NCBI GenBank assembly: GCA_964383665.1
Contig: CAYLHO010000002.1
Coordinates: 138,306-202,305, forward strand
Reading direction: 5' to 3'
DNA from: an uncultured Lachnospiraceae bacterium
Lineage (GTDB): Bacteria > Bacillota > Clostridia > Christensenellales > UBA1242
DNA: 64,000 bases
Both the position numbers and the translations under genes were made by a program. Shown in pieces: positions 59,846 to 64,000 of the stretch. Below the pieces are notes generated by a model that was not told the origin of the DNA, ran no database searches, and saw only the letters and a list, made by a program, of their open reading frames with translations. Every line of letters begins with the position of its first letter. The first letter of the stretch is position 1.

Positions 59846-60692
59846 CAACGAATGGAAAGATTATGAAATAATTGCGACCGGAAACGGCGAAAAACTTGAG
59901 AGATGGGGGAATGTTAAACTTCTTCGCCCCGACCCTCAAGTTATTTGGCCTGCACAAAAAGATCTTTCAAAAGAAAAAGGGCTTAATGCAAGATATGTTC
60001 GAATGTCAACCGGCGGCGGATATTGGGAAAACATTTTGCCAATGCCGGAGGAATGGAAAGTTTCGTGGAGGAATCTTAAATTTCTTGTTAAACCAATGGG
60101 GTTTAAACATACTGGGCTTTTCCCAGAGCAGGCGGTTAACTGGGCGAAAATGATTGACCTAATTAAAAACGCAAATCGCCAGATCAAGGTTTTAAACCTT
60201 TTTGCCTACACAGGCGGGGCTTCGGTTGCCTGTGCAAGTGCGGGGGCAAGCGTTGTCCACATCGATTCAAGCAAAGGCATGGTTGAAAGGGCAAAGGAAA
60301 ACTTGGCGCTTTCGGGATTGAAGGACAGGCCTGTTCGATTTATAATTGAGGATTGCAAAAAGTTTGTTGAGCGCGAAATTCGACGAGGGAACAGATATGA
60401 CGCAATAATCATGGACCCGCCTTCATATGGTCGCGGACCAAGCGGGGAAATTTGGAAAATTGAGGATAATCTTTTCGAATTTGTTAATCTTTGTTTCAAA
60501 GTTTTAAGCGATAATCCACTTTTTGTTTTAATAAATTCCTACACAACCGGGCTTCAACCTCAAGTTATTAAAAACATTTTGCTTCTTAACGCAAAAAATC
60601 CAAATGCTAAATGTGAAGCATATGAAGTTGGGCTCCCAACCGACGAAGGAATTATTTTGCCTTGTGGGGCGAGCGGACTTTTAACATTTTAA
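59835..60692 (+). CDS. class I SAM-dependent (rRNA-type, RlmI/RlmK-like) methyltransferase
   Basis: 285 aa, overlapping the ileS stop by 11 nt. VLNLFAYTGGASVA (motif I) and IIMDPPSYGRGP (motif IV DPP). Confidence 0.8.
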   Translation: MQTNNEWKDYEIIATGNGEKLERWGNVKLLRPDPQVIWPAQKDLSKEKGLNARYVRMSTGGGYWENILPMPEEWKVSWRNLKFLVKPMGFKHTGLFPEQAVNWAKMIDLIKNANRQIKVLNLFAYTGGASVACASAGASVVHIDSSKGMVERAKENLALSGLKDRPVRFIIEDCKKFVEREIRRGNRYDAIIMDPPSYGRGPSGEIWKIEDNLFEFVNLCFKVLSDNPLFVLINSYTTGLQPQVIKNILLLNAKNPNAKCEAYEVGLPTDEGIILPCGASGLLTF

Positions 60693-60701
60693 GGAGAAAA
60701 T

Positions 60702-61484
60702 ATGAAAGAAAATTTGGACATAATTTATGAAGACAATCATGTTATTGTTGTTATAAAACCTCAAAACATTCCAACGCAAGAAGATGAAAGCGGCGATTTG
60801 GACTTGCTTTCCATGGTCAAGCAATATATTAAAGAAAAATATAATAAACCGGGGAATGTTTATGTTGGCTTAGTCCACAGGCTCGATCGCCCAACAGGCG
60901 GGGTTATGGTTTTTGCCAAAACTTCAAAAGCCGCTTCAAGGCTTTGCAAAGAAATTCAAGATGGAACGCTGAAAAAGGAATATTTAACAGTTTTGGAAGG
61001 GCAACTTCCCCTCAAAACAAAACATCTTGTTAACTATCTTAAAAAGGACGAAGAACGCAACGTTGTTAAAGTTGCTCCAATGGGCGAACAAGGAGCTAAA
61101 AGGGCGGAACTTGTTTACGATATTGTTGAGGTTGAAAAAGAATTTAAAGACGTTAATTTAGCGCCAAGTCAAAAAATTAATGAAAACTCTCTTGAAGAAA
61201 AAGCACCAAAGCACGCGCGCGAACTTTCAAAAATTTTGACGCTTGCAAAAGTTCAACTTATAACCGGAAGAGGACATCAAATTCGTGTTCAATTTTCAAA
61301 TTTAAAAGCACCAGTTTTTGGCGATGTTAAATATGGAAATGGAAACGGAAAAACAAATGAACTTGCGCTTTGGGCATACAAACTTGAGTTTGTCCACCCA
61401 ACAACAAAAGAAAAAATGAGTTTCACGGTTCTTCCTCCTTCCGAAAAAGAACCTTGGAACAAATTTAATTTGAATCGCATTTAA
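60702..61484 (+). CDS. RluA-family pseudouridine synthase
   Basis: 260 aa, AAGGAGAA SD. Catalytic motif GLVHRLDRPTGGVMVFAKT and GRGHQIRVQ. No N-terminal S4 domain. Confidence 0.88.
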   Translation: MKENLDIIYEDNHVIVVIKPQNIPTQEDESGDLDLLSMVKQYIKEKYNKPGNVYVGLVHRLDRPTGGVMVFAKTSKAASRLCKEIQDGTLKKEYLTVLEGQLPLKTKHLVNYLKKDEERNVVKVAPMGEQGAKRAELVYDIVEVEKEFKDVNLAPSQKINENSLEEKAPKHARELSKILTLAKVQLITGRGHQIRVQFSNLKAPVFGDVKYGNGNGKTNELALWAYKLEFVHPTTKEKMSFTVLPPSEKEPWNKFNLNRI

Positions 61485-61504
61485 GAATTTAGGAGATGTT
61501 AAGC

Positions 61505-63265
61505 ATGAAAAAAAGAAGCGAAATTGAGGAAAAATTCAAGTGGGATTTAAGCGGTTATTTTAAAAATGACGACGAGTTTTTAAAAGAATTTGAATTTTTG
61601 AAATCACAAATCAATTTTCTCGATTCCTACAAGGGAAAACTAAACAACGAAAAAATAATTTTGCAGTGCTTAAGGAAAAGCGACGAATTCGACCGACGCT
61701 TGGAGGTTCTTTATGTTTATGCAACGCTTAAAACAAGAGAAGATGCAGCAAACTCATTCTATCAGGAGCGAGCAAATCAGGTTGGTTGGCTGGTAAGTCA
61801 AATTTCAACTCAAACTTCTTTTGTTGGCGTTGAGATTAAGAAAAATCCAAATTCGCTTTTAGAAAAACTTCAAAAAGAAAGCGAATTTAAAAACTATTTT
61901 AAGTCAATTTTAAGAAATAAAAAGCACATTCTTTCCGAAAAAGAGGAAAAAATCCTTTCAATGAGTGGGGATATGGCTGGCGGTTTTTCCGATAACTTCG
62001 ATTTATTCGACGATGCCGATTTAAAGTTTCCTTCGGTTAAAGATTCCCAAGGTAAATTGCATAAGTTGAACCATTCAACATATATGGAATTTATGCAAAG
62101 CGAGGACAGAACTCTCCGAAAAAACACTCTTAAAAAATTTAATGGGCAATATGGAAAGTTTAACAACTTTCTCTCATCAAATTATATTTCAAACGTTAAG
62201 GCCGATGTTTTTTATGCAAAAGCATCAAAATATAAAAATTGCCTCGACAAATCAATTTATCTCGAGGAGGCAAGCCGAAAGGTTTACGACACTTTAATTT
62301 CGTCAATCAATTGCAATTTGCCAGTTTTTTATGAATATTTCGATGTTAAAAGAAGAAGTCAAGAACTTAGTGAATTTGCTTTGTTTGATCAATATGTTAA
62401 GGAAAAAAGCATAAAGAAAAAATATACTTTCAACGAAGCAATTGAAATAATTAAAAAAGCAACAGCACCCCTTGGAAGTTTCTACACTTCACTTATCGAC
62501 AAGGCGGTTTCGGAAAGATGGATTGATATCTATCCAAACGAAAATAAAGACAGCGGAGCATTTTCGTGGGGTGCGTATGGGAAAAATCCAGTTCTCCTAA
62601 CGAATTTTATTGGCGATTCAAACAGCGTTTTCACTCTTGCCCATGAACTTGGTCACAGCATGCACACATATTTTTCAAATTCAAATTTGAATCCCGATCA
62701 AGCCCCATACACAATTTTTGTTGCAGAAGTTGCAAGCACGGTTAATGAAATGTTGCTTTTAAAATATTTCCTTGAAAATTCAAAAAATAATGATGAAAAA
62801 ATATATTATTATGATTATTTTTTAAGTGAATTTAAATCAACCGTTTTCCGTCAAACAATGTTTAGCGAGTTTGAACAATTTGCTCATGAAAAAGTTGAAA
62901 ATGGCGAGCCAATTTCAGCTGAAATTTTAAATAAATATTATTATGAATTAAATCAAAAATATTTTGGAAAAAATGTTAAATTAATTCCAGAAATTAAATT
63001 TGAATGGTCAAGAATTCCGCATTTTTATAACTCTTTTTATGTTTATAAATATGCAATTGGAATGATTAGTGCTGTTTATCTTGTTGAAAAAATAATTCCG
63101 GAAAAGCCAGAAATGTATATCAACTTTTTGAAAAGCGGAAGCACAAAATCGCCAATCGAATTGCTTTTCGATGCGGGGGTTGATCTTAACAAACAAGAAA
63201 CATTTAACTTTGCATTTTCTTGCGTTGAAAAAATGCTTGAAAATTGGAAAAAACTTTTAAAATAA
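61505..63265 (+). CDS. pepF: oligoendopeptidase F (M3B)
   Basis: HELGHSMH zinc motif and a typical PepF N-terminus (KKRSEIEEKFKWDL). I prefer ATG 61505, 10 nt after AGGAG, to ATG 61496, which is only 1 nt after it. Confidence 0.88.
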   Translation: MKKRSEIEEKFKWDLSGYFKNDDEFLKEFEFLKSQINFLDSYKGKLNNEKIILQCLRKSDEFDRRLEVLYVYATLKTREDAANSFYQERANQVGWLVSQISTQTSFVGVEIKKNPNSLLEKLQKESEFKNYFKSILRNKKHILSEKEEKILSMSGDMAGGFSDNFDLFDDADLKFPSVKDSQGKLHKLNHSTYMEFMQSEDRTLRKNTLKKFNGQYGKFNNFLSSNYISNVKADVFYAKASKYKNCLDKSIYLEEASRKVYDTLISSINCNLPVFYEYFDVKRRSQELSEFALFDQYVKEKSIKKKYTFNEAIEIIKKATAPLGSFYTSLIDKAVSERWIDIYPNENKDSGAFSWGAYGKNPVLLTNFIGDSNSVFTLAHELGHSMHTYFSNSNLNPDQAPYTIFVAEVASTVNEMLLLKYFLENSKNNDEKIYYYDYFLSEFKSTVFRQTMFSEFEQFAHEKVENGEPISAEILNKYYYELNQKYFGKNVKLIPEIKFEWSRIPHFYNSFYVYKYAIGMISAVYLVEKIIPEKPEMYINFLKSGSTKSPIELLFDAGVDLNKQETFNFAFSCVEKMLENWKKLLK

Positions 63266-63278
63266 CAGGAGATAAAAA

Positions 63279-64000
63279 TGGAAATCCTTTCACCTGCCGG
63301 AAACATGGAAAAATTGAAAACTGCAATATATTTTGGTGCAGACGCCGTTTATGTTGCAGGAAAAAAGTTTGGGCTTCGTGCTTTTGCTGGGAACTTTGAT
63401 GAAAATGAACTTAAGGAAGCAGTTAATTTTGTCCATTCAAACGGCAAGAAAATTTATGTTACGGTTAACATTGTCGCTCATAACAGCGATTTTGATGGGC
63501 TTGATGAATATCTTAAATTTTTGGAAAAAATTGGCGTTGACGCAATAATTGTTTCGGACATCGGAATAATTTGCCTTGCGAAACAAGTTGCGCCAAAGCT
63601 TGAAATTCATGTCAGCACTCAAGCAAATGTAACAAATAAATATGTTGCAAAATTCTATGCCGATCTTGGTGCAAAAAGAATTGTTATTGCTCGCGAACTT
63701 TCAATTAATGAAATTAAGGAAATTCGGGATTTTCTTCCAAACGAAATTGAACTTGAAGCTTTTGTTCATGGAGCAATGTGCATAAGTTATTCAGGAAGAT
63801 GTTTGCTTTCAAACTATCTAACCGGGCGCGACGGAAACAGGGGAGCATGTGTTCAAGCATGCCGCTGGGAATATACAATCTGCGAAAAAAGCCGTTGCGG
63901 CAATGGATATGAAATTCAGGAAGATAACCGCGGAACATATATTTTAAATTCCAAGGATTTGAACATGATTTCGCACCTTAAAGAACTTGAAGAAGCGGGA
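63279..64000 (+). CDS. peptidase U32 family protein (5' part; continues past the window end)
   Basis: AGGAGA SD. The frame is open from ATG 63279 to the window end. MEILSPAGN...GADAVYVAG...EAFVHGAMCISYSGRCLLSNYLTGRDGNRGACVQACRW is the U32 signature. Confidence 0.85.

Noticed and set aside
1-64000. rRNA, tRNA, tmRNA, RNase P, SRP RNA, transposases or prophage modules anywhere in the window.
   Set aside because: No intergenic region larger than 150 nt is GC-rich or structured enough, and I found no tRNA-like T-arm/acceptor pattern outside CDSs. No transposase, integrase or phage structural motif was recognised. Absence was judged by eye only, so tRNAscan-SE or Infernal would be decisive.

Overview
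This is a low-GC (roughly 35-40%) Bacillota/Clostridia-like chromosomal segment, gene-dense on both strands. Genes have strong GGAGG-type Shine-Dalgarno sites, frequent TTG starts, sigma-A-type extended -10 promoters and many clean intrinsic terminators. Most of it is housekeeping: divIB-like/ftsA/ftsZ, gpmI, greA, rimI-tsaB-tsaE, cysS, clpC, yqfC-yqfD, ybeY-era, ileS, an rRNA methyltransferase, an RluA-family synthase, pepF and a U32 peptidase. There are four ABC transporter loci, an MFS symporter and an orphan solute-binding lipoprotein. I saw no rRNA, tRNA, CRISPR array, transposase or integrase.

The accessory content worth a second look:
1. A translationally coupled three-gene operon at 1103-5811 (-). 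It encodes a MoxR/AAA_5-like ATPase with a large N-terminal domain, a 124-aa P-loop-less AAA+-like protein, and a zincin(HExxH)-VWA(MIDAS) protein split by a ~300-aa K/Q/N/E/D-rich linker encoded by perfect tandem DNA repeats. This is my best candidate for an undescribed NTP-dependent conflict or regulated-proteolysis system.
2. A single-polypeptide wHTH + GHKL ATPase + STAS-like (DUF4325) protein at 27196-28239 (-). It sits next to six helically phased copies of ATTGTAAACTTAA and a divergent HD hydrolase gene.
3. A TasA-like secreted protein with sharply different codon usage, paired with a SipW-type signal peptidase.
4. An orphan VirB3/PrgI-VirB4-like ATPase between gpmI and greA.
5. An ABC-2 exporter operon ending in a 2792-aa Big_2-repeat surface protein.
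6. Several genes whose ATG lies exactly 6-7 nt after an extended -10 box, which suggests leaderless mRNAs, and a terminator-like hairpin in the greA leader.

All family assignments come from motif recognition by eye, not from database searches.
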